The notes beneath the pieces are model-generated. The model was not told the DNA's origin, did not search any database, and saw only the letters and a list, made by a program, of their open reading frames with translations. Both the position numbers and the translations under genes were made by a program. From NCBI GenBank assembly GCA_036172245.1, contig JAYWIR010000006.1, positions 5,270,001 to 5,334,000 on the forward strand: a DNA stretch of 64,000 bases. Reading direction: 5' to 3'. Of the stretch, positions 12,271 through 25,400 are shown piece by piece. How positions within the stretch are numbered: the stretch's first letter is position 1; the number at the start of each line of letters is the position of its first letter. This DNA is from Raillietiella orientalis. Taxonomy: Eukaryota.

Positions 12271-15200
12271 TTTCCGACCGCGGCGCTCAGCTCTTTCCTG
12301 GCTTCCTGCGAGACTGTCAGCGCGCTTGGCGGCAGGGTGGGGAAACTCGAGCTTCGCCGACGATCCCTGCCATCTGGCATTCCTCAGTGGAACTAGACGC
12401 CGTTCTCGCTCCGCTTCCCCGTTTCCCGCAGGCTCGCGGCAGCCCTGTTTTCGTTCTTCCTCTCTCTCCCTCCACACTTCGAGGAGCTGCGCCTTGGGGA
12501 GATGGGAGAAGGGAAGGGTTCCTCGGAGAGGAACCCACACAGAGGAAGAGGAAGGATTAGAAGGGAGGAGAAAAAGAGCCCCCTTCCCCCACGTGGTGAG
12601 AGTCCCTGTGAAAGCAACGGCGCTCCACGGAAGACAGTCCGTCAAAGGGGGAACGAAATCGAAGGGGTCACCGTCCGCGTGCGTGCGATCCCTTTCTCCC
12701 GCTGCCTTCCCAGCAAACGAGGAGCTGAAGTCTCAGGAAGACGAGGGAGAAAAGAGGGAAGAAGGGGCGGGGTTGACTGAAGTCTCAGCGGCATGATGAG
12801 GAAAGGAAGAGGGGAGTGGGGTTCACGTCTCCCTAGACCGGGCAAGAGAGAGAGACGCGGGTCTCCCGAAAATGACCGGAGGCGGTCGTCGCGGAGCGCG
12901 CCAAGTTTTCATGCTCCGTCGTACCCGTTTAATGCGCCTCTCGTCCGTAAAATGGCGGTCGTAATTACGGTATCGTTGCCAGGGAAACCGACTTAATATA
13001 TTGTGACATTTCCGGTCCTCTCTCGAACCTGACACCTCGCCGTGCTCCGCACGGACCGGCGCGGCAACCTCCGGGCGGGATGCTGGCTTTGCATCTCTCT
13101 TCTTCCCCTCCAAAGCTCTCCTCCTTCCTCCAGTCTTCCAACTCCCCCCCCCCCCAGTCGCCCCCTCCCTCTCTCTAGCCATTTGCTTTTTTTTTTTTTC
13201 AGGGTCGTCTTCGGGATGCCTCCGCAGGGAAAAAAGGGCGCCGCCGTCCTCAGCACGCCTGCAGTCTGCTCGTTCACTCTTCACGCGCCTTCCCGTCCGT
13301 GCGCCCGGGATGCCCGGAACCACGATGATCAGGAAACCTCCTCTCAGGACGCTCGGGGACGGGAATCGGGGCCTGGACTCCTCGGACACGGAGGAGCATG
13401 AGGAAGAGGAGGGAGGAAGCCGGACCAGAAGAAACAGAAGAGGCGCGCTATCATGCCTCGTGCGCGGCCGCAGCTTCTCCTCGGGAGCGGTGGAAGGACT
13501 TCCGGAACCCCGCCGCTTGGAGACACTCACTCGAGGGCAATGGATGATCCTTGAAGGTCCCTACCTGAGCCGGCAGCCGTCCCTACCGTCGCGGGTGCGC
13601 CGTTCGCGTTGTGTCTCAAGGCTCACACCCGGCAGGGGGCTCAGCTCCCGTCGGCAGCGCGCGGTGGGGAGCTCGCGTCGCCGTTGAGGGCATAAGGGCA
13701 AGGACGAACCTGTTCTCCCATCCAAGAGAGTGGCAAGAGCTGGAGGCTCTGGAATTGCGAGCGCAAAAGGGGGGAGAAGGAGCAGCAGCAGCAGAAAGGG
13801 AGACGGAGCCGGCGATTCTGAAGCCGCCCTCCTGCTTCCTCCTGTTTGCACCGATATTCCGGGAGAGAGGCACATCCGCGAGCGAGCACATCTCTGTTTG
13901 GCACGGCGACCTCCGGCGTCGTTCCTGAAGATCCACTGCCACGGTACAAGGCGGACAGAGTTGAATAACCCCTTGGTAGGGGTGGAGTTGCTGAGGGTGG
14001 TGACGGCGATCTCGTACATTCCAGGGAGGGGATGCAATCTGAACCTCCGCGCATCCGTCTGGAGAATGCAGGAAGGAAAGATTTCTGCCTCAGTGGACTG
14101 GTGAAAGACTCGTTGCCACTGGCGACGCCCCCGAGCGCGACCCTGAGGTGCATCCCGGCGGTTCGTCGGGGCGCCGAGCATTGGTGCAGCTTCTTTATGG
14201 TGCCCATCTAAGCCGGATGCTTACCAAGAGGCGCCGTGGCAGCCGCCTCCGTCCTTCGTCAGCAACGCCTTCATCTTGCAGGAGGAGTCTGAACTCGGCG
14301 TTCTCTGTGAGGACACTGGTGCTCCGAACGTTGTCTGGGCCACCAAGGGGCTGGTTCCACCAGTTCTGAAAAGGAGTCCTGGCGCCTTCTTTTTGCTTTC
14401 TTTTTTTGGGGGAGAGGGAGGGTATCTCCTGCGTTAGGGGGCGCGGCGCTTGCGGCTTGACGAGCAGCGTCAGTCGCGTCTCGAAACCCTAAAACCTTCT
14501 TCTCTCTATTCCTCCTCCCTTCCCTATTCTACCATTCCTCCTCTTCCTCTTCCTTTCCTCTTCACTTCCTCCCTTCTTCCTTCCTTCCTGCCTGTGGCTG
14601 TCAGAGCCTTATGACGGAGGAGTTCACGCAGACGGGGAATGACAGCAGTGAAAGACCCCTTCCCTGCGGAGTTGAGGGACTGTTGGGGCATGGGACAGTG
14701 GAACAGGCTGCCTTCGCCATGCCCACTCCGAGCCTTGGGGGAGAGTGAGCAGTTGGTCCTCGAAGACGCAGGGTGGTCGGCTGACGCCTTCAGCCCAGTC
14801 CAGAGGGACTGCCGACCTTGAGGCGAGACCCCCAAGGGGTATCTTCGGGTCCGGACGTCGGCCCTTATCAGAGAGCGAGGGAGGAGTATGCCACCTGGGC
14901 TCCTTCCTCGAGACGCTCCCACGCTTGCAGGAAGGAACGTGGTCATAACCCCAGGCTACTTCGGCTCCTCTTACACGCTCGATGGGAGCGAGGTCCACGT
15001 AAATCCGTCCCGGCAGTCCGCAAAAGCAGGAATGACCCCGCCTTTCCTTCCCTGTAGACCCCTCTCGGCTCGTTCGGCACGGGTGTGCGCGCTCTGGGAA
15101 CCATGGAAGTTGTGCCGCTCCCGAGTCTCGTAGGCCACACGTGAAGGGCTGAAAAACCGGTGAGCTCCCTCGGGCCTCCCATTCTCGGACAGCTCTCTCT

Positions 15201-16009
15201 GCGGGAGCTCCCGCTTTGAACCGAGGGGGTGAGTCCGCGCCCGACCTATAGAGCCGGGAGCTCGGAGGACTACGGCTGAACTCGGGAGCCGCTCTGCTTG
15301 CCGGCGGGAGGGAAGGCCATCCGGCCGCTCCCGGAAGGAGCCCGTGCGCCTTGGGCATCGCTCCGGTGGGAGGGAGGAAGCAGCTTGGACATTCCGCAGC
15401 CAGGAACAGGACTCCCCAATGAGGAAGAGAGAAAATGGAAAACCGAGCGAGACGGCCAAGAGCTCTCGGGAAAGGGGGAAAGGTGGCAGACGTTCTGAAA
15501 GAGGTCCTGTGAAGACAAGGAAAGGGGGGGGGAATAAAGGAGGAGGAGGGAATTCTCTCCTCTCTCTGTTTGATGGGGCACACAGCGAGCGAGGGATGAG
15601 GTTCCGTGGAGGGAAGATCGCTGCGTCTCCAGCGAGACGGAAAGTCTCGAGGTCACCTGTCTATTAGGAAGGCAGGCTCCTTCCTCCGAAATTCCATCGC
15701 GATGAGCCTCCGGCGGGATGCTGAGAGCTGTGGATCGGGAGGACCATCCATCCGTCTTCTCTTCGCTGGGGACGAAAGGACATGGTGCTCCGTGGAAAGA
15801 GGGATGCATGCTCGGAGGGCATGGAGTACCGGAAAGAAAAAAAAATTTTTTCCGAGAGCTTCGGAAATCGCTTCGAGTCCGTCCGGTAGATGAGGCGTGG
15901 AGTTTGCTCTTGCGACGCGCGCGTCATCTGCCGAGCGTTTCCGCAAGCTCGGAGACCCTTCCACTTAATGGAAAACGAGGGGAAAAAAGTAAACAAACAA
16001 AATGGGCAA

Positions 16010-16200
16010 CAGCTGATACAGTCGACGCCCACATGAAGGAGAATCGGGCGCAACCTTTGCCCCTGAACACGCGTCTCCCGATCCACTTGGAAGTTCAAGA
16101 GTCACGTGCCCCACCAGTAGCCAACGGACGCGGAGTCGAACTGACGAGAAACACGGACGTCTTCTCCGGGGAAGCGCGCGAGCTCCCAGTGTGCCTTCCC
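16010..16200 (+). mobile_element. Possible LINE RT C-terminal remnant
   Basis: VDAHMKENRAQPLPLNT...PPVANGRGVELTRNTDVFSG resembles W...N.L.LN..KT...I.ING..IE.V...KYLG. Confidence 0.3.
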
Positions 16201-16800
16201 GCGGAGCGCGCCATTGCGGAGGGAGACATTTTTGTCCGCTGCCGCAAGCAAGAGCCCACGGGAGCTACTCAGCTTCTCAGCCTCCATTCCCCGCGGACGA
16301 ACGTGAGGAGATGCGACTCGCCGTCTCGCCCTGGAATGCTCAAGGGTCTCGGTCACCACCGTCGTCAGCGGAAGGGCCAGAGGAGCACAATCAGCCACTT
16401 CGCGCGCCCTTCTTCCGAGAAGACGCCGGCGGCGGCCGGGAGAAGAAGAGAGAGAGGGGGGGGGGCAGTTGCCACCGCCCTGCGGGAGACTCAGGGAAGG
16501 AGAAGTCGCGAGGTCGCCAGGGACCGCCTTCCGGAGCACCGGCGGTCGCCATCCATGGCGACGGCCCCTCCAGGCGAGCGAGAGAGAGAAAGAGAGAGAG
16601 AGAGGGCGAGCGAAGCGGAGGCGCGCGCCGTCGTTCGCCGGCGTCCCGGGCGCGTCTCCGTGACGATGCGCTTCCCCAGGTTTCCACCCCTTTCCTGACC
16701 TTCCCCAGGAAGAGAGCGCCCTGACGAAAGGAGGGGGCCAAGCTTTTACAAGGACTTTGCCTCGGAATCCTCCCCCGCGGAGACGAAAAGGAGCGCCTCC

Positions 16801-16869
16801 TGTTAGGGGCGTAAAAGTGGACAGAGGACACTCTAATCCTTGACCCGCTCCTGAAGACGTTTCCACGCG
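16801..16869 (+). repeat. 69-bp direct repeat, copy 1 (copy 2 at 18001-18070)
   Basis: tgttaggggcgtaaaagtggacagaggacactctaatccttgacccgctcctgaagacgtttccacgcg; copy 2 differs by one inserted C. Confidence 0.97.
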
Positions 16870-16985
16870 CCTCCGGTTGGCCAGGAGCTCCGCTTCCTAT
16901 GCTCCCTCTCCTTCCCGTGGATGGAAATCCCGTCGCGTTCTCCTGCTGCTTTGCTTTCCTTCCAGATTTTCTCTCCTGCCCTACA

Positions 16986-17700
16986 TTTTTTTTTTTTTTC
17001 TTTTCTGGTTTTCTCAAGAGTTGCTGGAGAACCGTTCTCCCCTTTAAGGGGGAGTAGGATCACAGAGCTCTTTGACACCACCCACGCCGTCTGAGGGTGC
17101 GCGTGTTGCAACTCTTCAATCCGAGCGACCACCCTATGAATCCTGGAAGAGGGTCAGTTCCTCCTGTGCTTAAGAGGGGGAACCCTGGAGGAAACCTCCT
17201 CCTTGTTCTCTCCGGAGGAAAGGACCCCCGGAAAGGATCGGCTCCTATTTTTTTCCCTTGAAGAGAATCCCCTTAAGAAAGGCCTCCCCTTTTCCCTGAA
17301 GGGTCGTCCCCCGAAGGGAACAGTGTGCTTCTTGGGCACTCTGGAGATGCAACCCCCGAAGGGGAGTACCAACCAGCCCCATGGTACGCTATAGTACCAT
17401 GGAGTGGCTCCCTTTTCGCAACCGGATGGGAACCCGGAAGGGCCCCTTGATGTCCTGGAAGGACCCCGGATGATCAGCTTCCAATGCTGGGACCATGCCC
17501 CGACGGAGTCGCTTCCACCGGTGCCGCCGCTCCCAAATAGTCCAACCAGCGGCATCTTGCGGGGAGGATTTGGGACCCACGACGTACCCCCATCCTCGGC
17601 GGCGATCCTCCCTACCCCAATCCCCCTCGCTCGGGTGAGATTCCAACGCGATACGCCTGTCGCCGGACAGCCGCACGGGCACCAATGCGGGCCGCCTCAT
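16986..17700 (-). mobile_element. SINE-like family, copy A
   Basis: Poly(T) at 16986-17000 is the A-tail on the minus strand. Body is homologous to 28330-28990, 24812-25400 and 43562-44445. Degenerate B-box at ~17637-17654. Confidence 0.8.
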
Positions 17701-18000
17701 CCCGGAATCCCCGCTTCTCCCATTTCCCGGCTGGTTGCACCGAACTGGGTCACGTGGCGGCGCTCTCGAGCAGCTCAGAATCCCCCTTGGACCCTTTGGA
17801 GGGAGAGTCCGGAGCCCCTTCAAAGGGCTTCCCGGAGGAAAGCAAGGGGGACGCGCCCCAGAAGCTCAGAGGGGCGCCTGTGGCGTCGAAGAAGGTCGGC
17901 TCGACGCCCGTGTCAGGGCAGCGGGGTGGTAGCCGCTGGTGTCCCTCGACGGACCTGTAAGGCTGCCCCTTGCCTCCGAGGGCCCGATCTGAGTTCCAAA

Positions 18001-18070
18001 TGTTAGGGGCCGTAAAAGTGGACAGAGGACACTCTAATCCTTGACCCGCTCCTGAAGACGTTTCCACGCG
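18001..18070 (+). repeat. 69-bp direct repeat, copy 2
   Basis: Identical to 16801-16869 apart from a 1-nt insertion. Confidence 0.97.
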
Positions 18071-18181
18071 GCAAGGAGAGGTTGGCAGGTCGTTCTTTAA
18101 AGCATTCTTTTCAGGTCCATCCTCTGCGAGGTTTCTCGTTTGTCAGAAAGAGACGACCTCTAGATCCCCCTGGGGTGGAAG

Positions 18182-18727
18182 ATGCAGGAGGGAGGCATTC
18201 CCCTTGACATCTTCCAGTCCGCGACGCGAAACGAGACGCCGCTCTTCGCCAAGGCGTCTCTTCGGTCAGCACCGCTGCAGAGGCTGCGGTTCTTCGCTTC
18301 CCTCGTCTCCTCCGCAGCATCCGGAATCTCGCCTCTGAAACGAAGGAAAGAGGAGGAAAGGGGTTTCAGAGGATGCAGCATCCGTAGCCAAAAGAAAGAG
18401 AGAGAGAGAGAGGCGAAGACCGAGGCAGGCGGTTCCGTCGATTATCGCCGGAGGCTCTCGAGGACGACGGGAGAGGTCTGTCGGCGAGGTGAGACGGCGG
18501 GGAGAGGCGACGCAGCGGCTCTGCGGACGACGGGAGAAGGGCGCCTCCTCGTCGCAGCAAACGCTGATCTTCTGCGGAGCGACCAGGGTGCAGCAGTGGG
18601 AGACTCCCGGAGCTCTCGGGTCATGGATGACCCCTGCTCTGTTCCAAAGCCTGAGGAAAAACGATTCGTCCTTCGCGCTCTTCCTCGGGTGAACGGCAAA
18701 GCGCACCTCGGTCGCCCCAGAAGGTGA
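18182..18727 (+). mobile_element. Degenerate LINE reverse transcriptase
   Basis: One frame with ordered RT-like motifs: GGIPLDIFQSA (G.IP..W..A), EERGFRG (Q.GFR), SVDYRRRLSRT (FVDY.KAFD.V), QGAAVGDSRSS (GV.QGD.LSP). Confidence 0.55.
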
Positions 18728-19003
18728 GCCGGGACCATCCGACGGAGGCGCCCCACCGTCCCTCTCCCCTCTCACTGGATGGGCGCGGCAGTAGCAAACC
18801 ATCGGGGCAGTCACACGTCCGCGGCGGAGGTCGCTCGTCGCCACGCCCACTTCTCGATAGTCCGCCCGCAGCCACACCCGCCTTCTACCCGGCGGTGACG
18901 TGAACCGAGCGTGCAGGGAAGCAGCGCCGCGCCCCAGCAACAGGAAGGATACTCGACCACTCCTTCCCGACCTCTTCTCTTTCCTCCTGTTTCTCTCCCA
19001 TAG

Positions 19004-19315
19004 CCTCTGGGGTTATCACGAAGTCTTCCCCCAGCAAAAGATTCACGGCTGACACCGCTCCGCAGGAAGGATTCTGTTCTGGGCGAGGCGCGCCACTCCC
19101 CACTCGCCCTGCTCCCCTGAATCTCCTGCATGCGATCGGAAGCTCCATGCGAAGATGCTGCTGCCCACACATCCGTGAATCGGGTGGGAGGCTGAAGAGT
19201 CTGAGAATCCACCGACCGTGGTCTCATAGCGATTGCATCCGATGCGAATCTTCCTCCGATGAAATGCTCTCAAAGTTCCTTCGAGGAAAAAGGACCAAAT
19301 CTGCAGTCCTCGAAG
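19004..19315 (+). repeat. 312-bp duplicated block, copy 1, with exon-like boundaries
   Basis: Matches 29870-30181 with 2 substitutions. Preceded by a polypyrimidine tract and TAG, followed by GTGCGG. Confidence 0.97.
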
Positions 19316-19779
19316 GTGCGGGGCGAGCGAGTCGAGGCGTCGGTCCGTCGCGATCCGCAGGTCCGACTTTGTGGAGTAAGGGTTGGGCAAGAAGGGTCAG
19401 TTTTCAGCGGTTCTCCCTGTACGAATTGCCTCGTCACAACTGAACTCGATGAGCACCTCGTAGATGTGCTCTCTGAGCGACTCTCCAGAAACGGAAATGA
19501 AAAACTGGCAGGTCAGAGGAGGACATGTTCTACTCCATTGATTACTTCGCCTGTTAAGTACAAAAATCCGATGGATCTGAAAAAGCGGCAAAATATGCCC
19601 TCAGCGTGGGATGTTTGCTTGATGATATCTCTCGCTTCCTCGAAGGTCTTTGCCTCGGATGAATTTGCTGAGCGAGGCAGCTCATCTCAGTCTTTTCATG
19701 CCGAGAGATCATGGCTGCAAAGGTGGGGCCACCTGATTTCTTGGACTGTCCTCTTCGCCCAACTCCGGCTGCAGTCCCA

Positions 19780-21490
19780 GGATAGTGGCAAAGATCCCCT
19801 TCAAGGACAACTCCAGGAAACCGGAAATTTTCAGAGGTCCCTTCCTGGCTCTCTGGAACCAGCCTTTCCCTCTTTTTTCGCTTTTTTCTGCCTAACGGGC
19901 GAACACGCCTAATCCGCTGACGCGGGCCATCATCAGAGGACCGACTGCGGAAAGATGACGGCAATTTCCCTTCCGCGCAGTCGTTTCATTTCCTTCGCTG
20001 CGGGCCAACTGGGGTCTTCTGGCGGTTAGGCGCCAGTAATTGCGAGCGTCCAGCCTGCAAGCTGTGATGCTCTAGCTCTGCTGCGCTGAAAGGCCAGATG
20101 TTGCTGCAGGAGGTCTTCATCTTCTCGTCGATCGTGGTGAAGGCGTTCTCTGTAGGAAGGGGTTCTGCGTTAAGAAAAGGGGCTGCCGCGGATCCTGGAG
20201 TGAGGCTTTCCCGGCTGGAAAGAAACTCCTCCCGTGTACTTGCCGGGCGCGAACAAGGGGGGGAGGCATAGTGGACCGGGTTGCGGAAAGACCGTCCCTG
20301 GAGGTCCCGCCTAGGGGCTCTGCGATCCGGTGCTGTGGAGTCGCCAAGCAGGATTCTCGGAAAGGAAGAAGGAAGGAAGGCTCGGCTGCAGCAAGCGGAA
20401 CGAACAGGCGCTTCCAAACAGAGAGCACCTCGTCTCGAAGTCCAGGACTTCTGCGCTTCGTTCTTGGAAGGTCATCAATGTGCCATGGCGGTGTCCTCTC
20501 CGTGCAACAGTGGCAGCGATCCGTCTGGTGAGCAGAGAACACCCAACGTCACATCCACGAGGAGAACTGAGTGATGGCGTCGTGCTGTCCCGCGGGTTGG
20601 CGAAGGCCGAGCAGGAGAATTCCAGGGGATGCCTAGAATGTCTCCTCTGCCACTTCCACCCACCGTTCCCTAGAGAACGTGTGGTGGAGGTGCTGCGGAC
20701 GGAACGATTATCCGAAGAGCCGCCGTTATTCGTTCTCCAGGTGGCGCCCAGCGTCTGCGCCCAGCATCCATGATTGATTCATCTTCAGGATATTCGGATT
20801 TCGAATCTGGTGCCACTCATCCTTGAGGATGACGAGAGTCCGGCAGGATCTCTGTCTTGTCTTTGAGGCGAGACGGAGGAAGGTCGCCATCAGGGACCAG
20901 GATCGTCCCAAGCTCTCAGACCTAGCCTGAGGCGGCGTTTGCGAGATGATCGGCGATCGCGGTAATTGTCACGTGGGTATTGTTGCTTCCTGCCACTGCC
21001 GCCTCGAGATGACCAGAGTCCTCGCTCGCCCCCCTACGTGCCAGGTGCTTCTGGTGCTATATTGTGGCCGCCCCTCCATCCCCACGCACCACAAGAGCCA
21101 AGGATGCATGTTTTCTCTCGTGGGGCGCCAGGGTATCCACAAAGTAGGGAGCTTGCGATCTCGGGGGCCGTTGCGCCTTTGGAGGCGACGACCCCGGCGA
21201 GCTGTTTTCGGTGGACTCCGCTGCCGCGTGTCTTGCGCGCCGCCGTGGACAGACCGTGGCGAAGTGGGGATCCGTGCGGTCGCTAAGCATCCAACGAGAT
21301 GCTTCCTCCGTTCAGAATGAGCGCAGTCGGGTGGAGTTCCAGTAGTTTCCCAACTTCTCCTGTGGGTCACCGGTTTCCTGCGCGTCGGGAGGAACCTCAA
21401 ATTTCCACGCCAAGAGAAACCCGTAGGTTGCCGGGGCATCGGCTGCGTAGCAGACCGCCAGACGGAGCTCCGTTCTGGGTGCCGCCACAT
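19780..21490 (-). mobile_element. Degenerate LINE ORF2 (endonuclease and RT)
   Basis: Minus-strand order: LRLAVC...AQET (~21480-21375), VVRGDGGA (~21085), TFLR...VILKDEW...NIL (~20885-20790), ENAFTTID (~20150), FRFPGVVLEGDL (~19825; cf. FKYLGV.L...L). Confidence 0.5.
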
Positions 21491-21984
21491 CATGAACGGC
21501 ACGTCGCATCTCGCTAAGCGCGCGCGCGCAGCATGTCGGGCCCGACCACTGTAGGGCCTCGCCCGCTGAACTGCACGGAAGACGCAGTTTTTCATCTGAT
21601 CATGCCCAAGCCTTTGCGTAAAACAGGAAAAAAAACTTACGAGTGGGAAGCGAACAAACAAACAAGTAGGGAACGAACAGAAAAACAAGTAAGGAACGCA
21701 GTTCCCGAAACAAAAACAAAGAAAGGTTCACCTACACGCAAGCCGGTTGCTGGGGCAGGCCAGGGCAGAAGGAAGGAGGGGACAATAAATGAATGAAGGA
21801 GAATTGGGCATGCGGAGTCTTTGGCAGGAGACGCCTTTTCTGAATTAGTACCGACGCAGAATTTCGGTCATCTCCATGACGACTTCTTCCAAGTGAGGCT
21901 GCATCGAGCCGTGCTCATGTAGGCGGCTGCTGTGGGGGCGACCCCTTTTTTCTGGGCCCGAGCTTCCCGCGCATGACAGGTCGT

Positions 21985-22110
21985 GAGGATGGCGTGGATG
22001 CGTCACGGCGTTCTGATCCCTGCGTATGCCGAAACTCCGCCTCGAGGAAAGAATCGCCGCAGCAAGTCCTTGGTAGTGTCCTCAAGGTGCGGAAGCTCTG
22101 AAGACAGCCG
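21985..22110 (+). mobile_element. LINE RT N-terminal remnant
   Basis: WMRHGVLIPAYAETPPRGKNRRSKSL resembles W..GVIVPIYKKG.....NYR.ISL. Confidence 0.4.
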
Positions 22111-23053
22111 CCGCCCCAAATTTATGGAGGGCAGCACAGTCCTGGAGCAGTTTGGAAGGGGGGAGGGAGCAACTGCTCCGCAAAAACAGAAGCAGCTCCT
22201 GGTGAGGATCGAAGTGACGATCTCTGGTTTGAAAGGCCAGTCGGTGCTCCCGCCGCTGCGCTGTAGGAAACGGGGGAAGGGAGAGCTCCCTCTTGTGCCG
22301 TCTTCTCGTCCCTTTGGTTGCCGGGTCATTAGAATGCCCGCAATGGACGGACCTGCTAGGTTTGGATACGTCGTTGGTTCGGAGTCCTTCCGCAAGATGA
22401 CGCCGAGACGGCTCTGCCTTCGGGTTTGCACCGGCAGGAAGCGCTCGCGTCTGCGGCCAGACTCCCTGCTGGCTAGAAGCCCGGAGTCGAAAGTCGGTCC
22501 CCTGGCAACCTCGGGAGCGCGACGGCAGAAGAGACTCAGCTCCCGTGCTTCGGCACCGTGCTCCCTCGTGGCGTGAAGCAGTGGTTCTTGGAAGGTCGAA
22601 GAACCCTCCAAAACAATAAAAAAGCAGCAAAAAAACAAACAGGTAAGACGGAAGGACATGCGATCCATCGTTCCCTCAGCAAACGTCAGGAGCTGAGTTG
22701 CCGTGCGGCCGATTCTCAGTCCGGGCATCATCAGGGAAACTCCGAATGCGAACGTCCGGGGAAGAGAAGCACAACATGCGGAAGCGATCGTTAGTCTTCC
22801 GAAAACGCAGCACGAGAGTGGTCGTCTCCGGAAGACCAAGGATCGGAACGCTGGGGAAGCGGAGGGGCAGTCGGAAGGGCAGGCGCGCACCTTTCCAGGA
22901 TGCCCGCGTTGCCTCGGGAACGGGACTGACGCGGAAGAACTTCCGGAATGGGGCACAATCTGCACGCCACGCTGCCGGGGTGGAGTCACCCCTGGGGAGC
23001 CATCCGGATGGCAACGAAAGCGTGGAAACGAGAAGCAGAAAGCCGGAAGGCAG

Positions 23054-23460
23054 AAGACCCTCCGGCTTTCTACTTGGACAGCGTGTAGGTGAACTTTTCT
23101 GTCTTCTGGGACGGCGAGCCAACTACCTGGGCCTTCCAGAAAGTTCGGTTCATGTCCCACGCTCGCAGATACCCATAAAAGTTCAGCACCTCTCGGTTCC
23201 AACAGCGCAGTAGGGCCCTTGTCCAGAAAGGATCTCCTCAGCCACATGCCCCAGGGGGAAATAGGCCCCCACTGCAAAAGGGGAAAGTGAAACGCCCCCT
23301 GAGCGTTCTCATGGAATTCCAGAACCTCCAGCAAGGGCGGCGCCACTCGGTGCGCGCAGTCTGTCCATCCACCCATGCAGAAAGTGACCGTCCGGGAGGT
23401 TCTTCCAGCAAAGAGGACTCGCCGGAGCAGCAGCTTGCGCGGCTGCCGCCTGCCCCTTGC
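23054..23460 (+). mobile_element. LINE (RTE-like) AP endonuclease remnant
   Basis: KTLRLSTWTACR (cf. LRI.TWNVR), then VRAVCPSTHAESD...KEDSPEQQL (cf. I.VYAPT......KE.FYEQL). Confidence 0.5.
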
Positions 23461-24811
23461 GCGCGACCGTGAAGGCGTTCCGGGTCCTCCCTGGAATACC
23501 CTCAAGGACGTTCTCTACATGTTCGGGAAACTGCCCCGTACAGCCCGAAGGCATCCGGATGGAGGAGACCTCGAAGAGCGCGAGACGATCACCCGCAGGA
23601 CGCCAGACACAGGAACCTCATGGGGGACGTGTGAACGGGCGTCCCGGAGCAACGCGGGTGCGCATCCATCGTCTCCCGCCCACGGCTCACGATTGTGAGG
23701 AGAGGCCGAAGAGGTCACCGGATCGTCGACGTCCTCGACCTCACCCTTTGTCGCCCTTCGGAGAGAAGGCGCCCGCGAAGCTTCAGGGAAGGCGCGTGTA
23801 TGGTCGGGAACGGGGCCACGCCGGCGGCCACTTCGCTCTCCCGCCGCGACGCCTCGCTCCCGGCGGCTGGAGGAAGCGAGCGGAAGGGAGGGAGGGAGGG
23901 AAGGGAGGGGGGAGGCCGCGTTGACCGGTGAGTTCGGGTGCGCGCGAACGCGCGCCGTCTTCTCCCACCCACCCAGCGGATGCCCCCTCCGGTTCATCAC
24001 CCGGGAACCGGAAAATGGTAGTCGCAATTGGCTGGACTGTTGCAAAACTCTTTTTCTTGAGCAGTCCTCCAAGAAGAAGGGGGGAGGGGGGGGGGGATCG
24101 CCTCCAATCGGCTGGGATCGGCAGCTGCCGACTTTGTTGAGCCAATCACACGCTTGGAATTCCGGTCTGATTGCCCGGAGCACGGCGGGGCGAACTGCAT
24201 GACAGGGAAAAGGCCGCCGATTGCATCGATCGATGCGTTCGTCGGAAGAGGATAGATGGGGAGGAGGAGGAGGGGAGGGCAGCCGCCCTTTCCAAGGAGG
24301 CTCCATGAAAGCTCTCCCACGCGGCGGCGACCTGCCTCTCCACTTCCGCTCCGGGTTTCCGCCTGGGCGTCGCCCCATCCCGGTTCTCCTCGCTCCGTTC
24401 CCGAGCGCGCGCGGCCGGAATCGCAGCCCGGCGATGGAAGCTGCGCTCCTCAGGAGAACCAATGCCAGAAAGGAAAAAAGGGGAAGAGGCAGCGGCGAGC
24501 TGCGCGCGCCGTCGACTGCTAAGCGCATGGGGTCGCACCCTCGGCATTTTTGTTTGTTTTTTTCCTCTCTCTCTCTCCCTGCTTGGCCGCCTTCCACCCG
24601 CTCGTGTGCGACGCGCTCAGCAGCAGCTGCGATGCCGTGGACGCGTCGCGCGGGCGACGCGGCCCCTACGAGACGGCACCAGCGAAGGGAGAACTGGGAG
24701 GTCGCAACCAAGGGCCCCTAATTCGCCTCCCCGCTCCCAACCCTCTGCTTCTTCGGCCTACCTGCTCCGACGCTAAGCGCCTCAAGAGCCGTCGCGCGCC
24801 TAGAGGCCCAC

Positions 24812-25400
24812 GCAGCTCTTTGACACGGTTCCACGCCACCCGAGAGTGCGTGTAATTCCTCAAGATAGGAAGTACTCCGGGAAGGTTCCGCCCTGTGAAT
24901 CCAGGGAGGGCTCCGAGTTCGTTCCTCCCAGACCTGGGGAGGGGTGATCCCCAGAATGGAGATCACCTCCACCCTGGTTGTCTCCGGAGGGATTCATCAA
25001 GGGAGTCCGTTCCTGGTTTCCTCCTCTGAAGAGAAGTTCTCAGGAAGGCTTCCGAAATATCTCTGGAGGGAGCTCTCCGAAGGGAGTGGCACACGCTTCC
25101 TTGCATTCTGGAGAGGCATCATCAATCCACCAGCTCCATGGTACGAGACGTTGGGTCCCCCCCTGGAGGGGGCAGTGCTCATTTGCACAACTCTTACTCC
25201 TTGATTCCTGGAAGGACCCGGAGGTTGACTTCCGATCCCGGCTACTCATCGGAGGCATACGGTTTGAACCGCTACCGGTGCCTCTGCGCCCAAATGAATG
25301 CAGGCCAGCCAGCGTCATCTCGCGGGAGGAACTCGAACCCGCTACGCACCCCCCCCATCTCTCGCCGTCGATTCTTTCCGAGTATCCGAGCCCGCGACGC
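24812..25400 (-). mobile_element. SINE-like family, copy B (3'-truncated)
   Basis: Shares agctctttgacac..ccacgcc..gagagtgcgtg, cctgaagagaa-like and ccagcgtcatct.gcgg blocks with copies A, C and D. Confidence 0.75.

Noticed and set aside
13930..14030. hAT dimerisation-like peptide PGMYEIAVTTLS...KGLFNS (minus strand)
   Set aside because: The S...ER.FS core is missing, so it is too weak to call.
19230..19310. GYF-domain-like GPFSSKEL*EHFIGGRF on the minus strand
   Set aside because: It contains a stop, lacks the W and GYF residues, and lies in sequence better explained as LINE-derived.
22003..23505. 500-aa minus-strand ORF
   Set aside because: No recognisable domain. It is antisense to + strand LINE remnants, and long ORFs are expected in GC-rich, stop-poor DNA.
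23515..24711. 398-aa ORF and similar R/P/G/S-rich ORFs (676-1605, 2593-3633, 32137-33165, 56759-57943, 62255-63187)
   Set aside because: Composition reflects GC content and simple repeats, overlapping ORFs occur in several frames, and no domains are visible.
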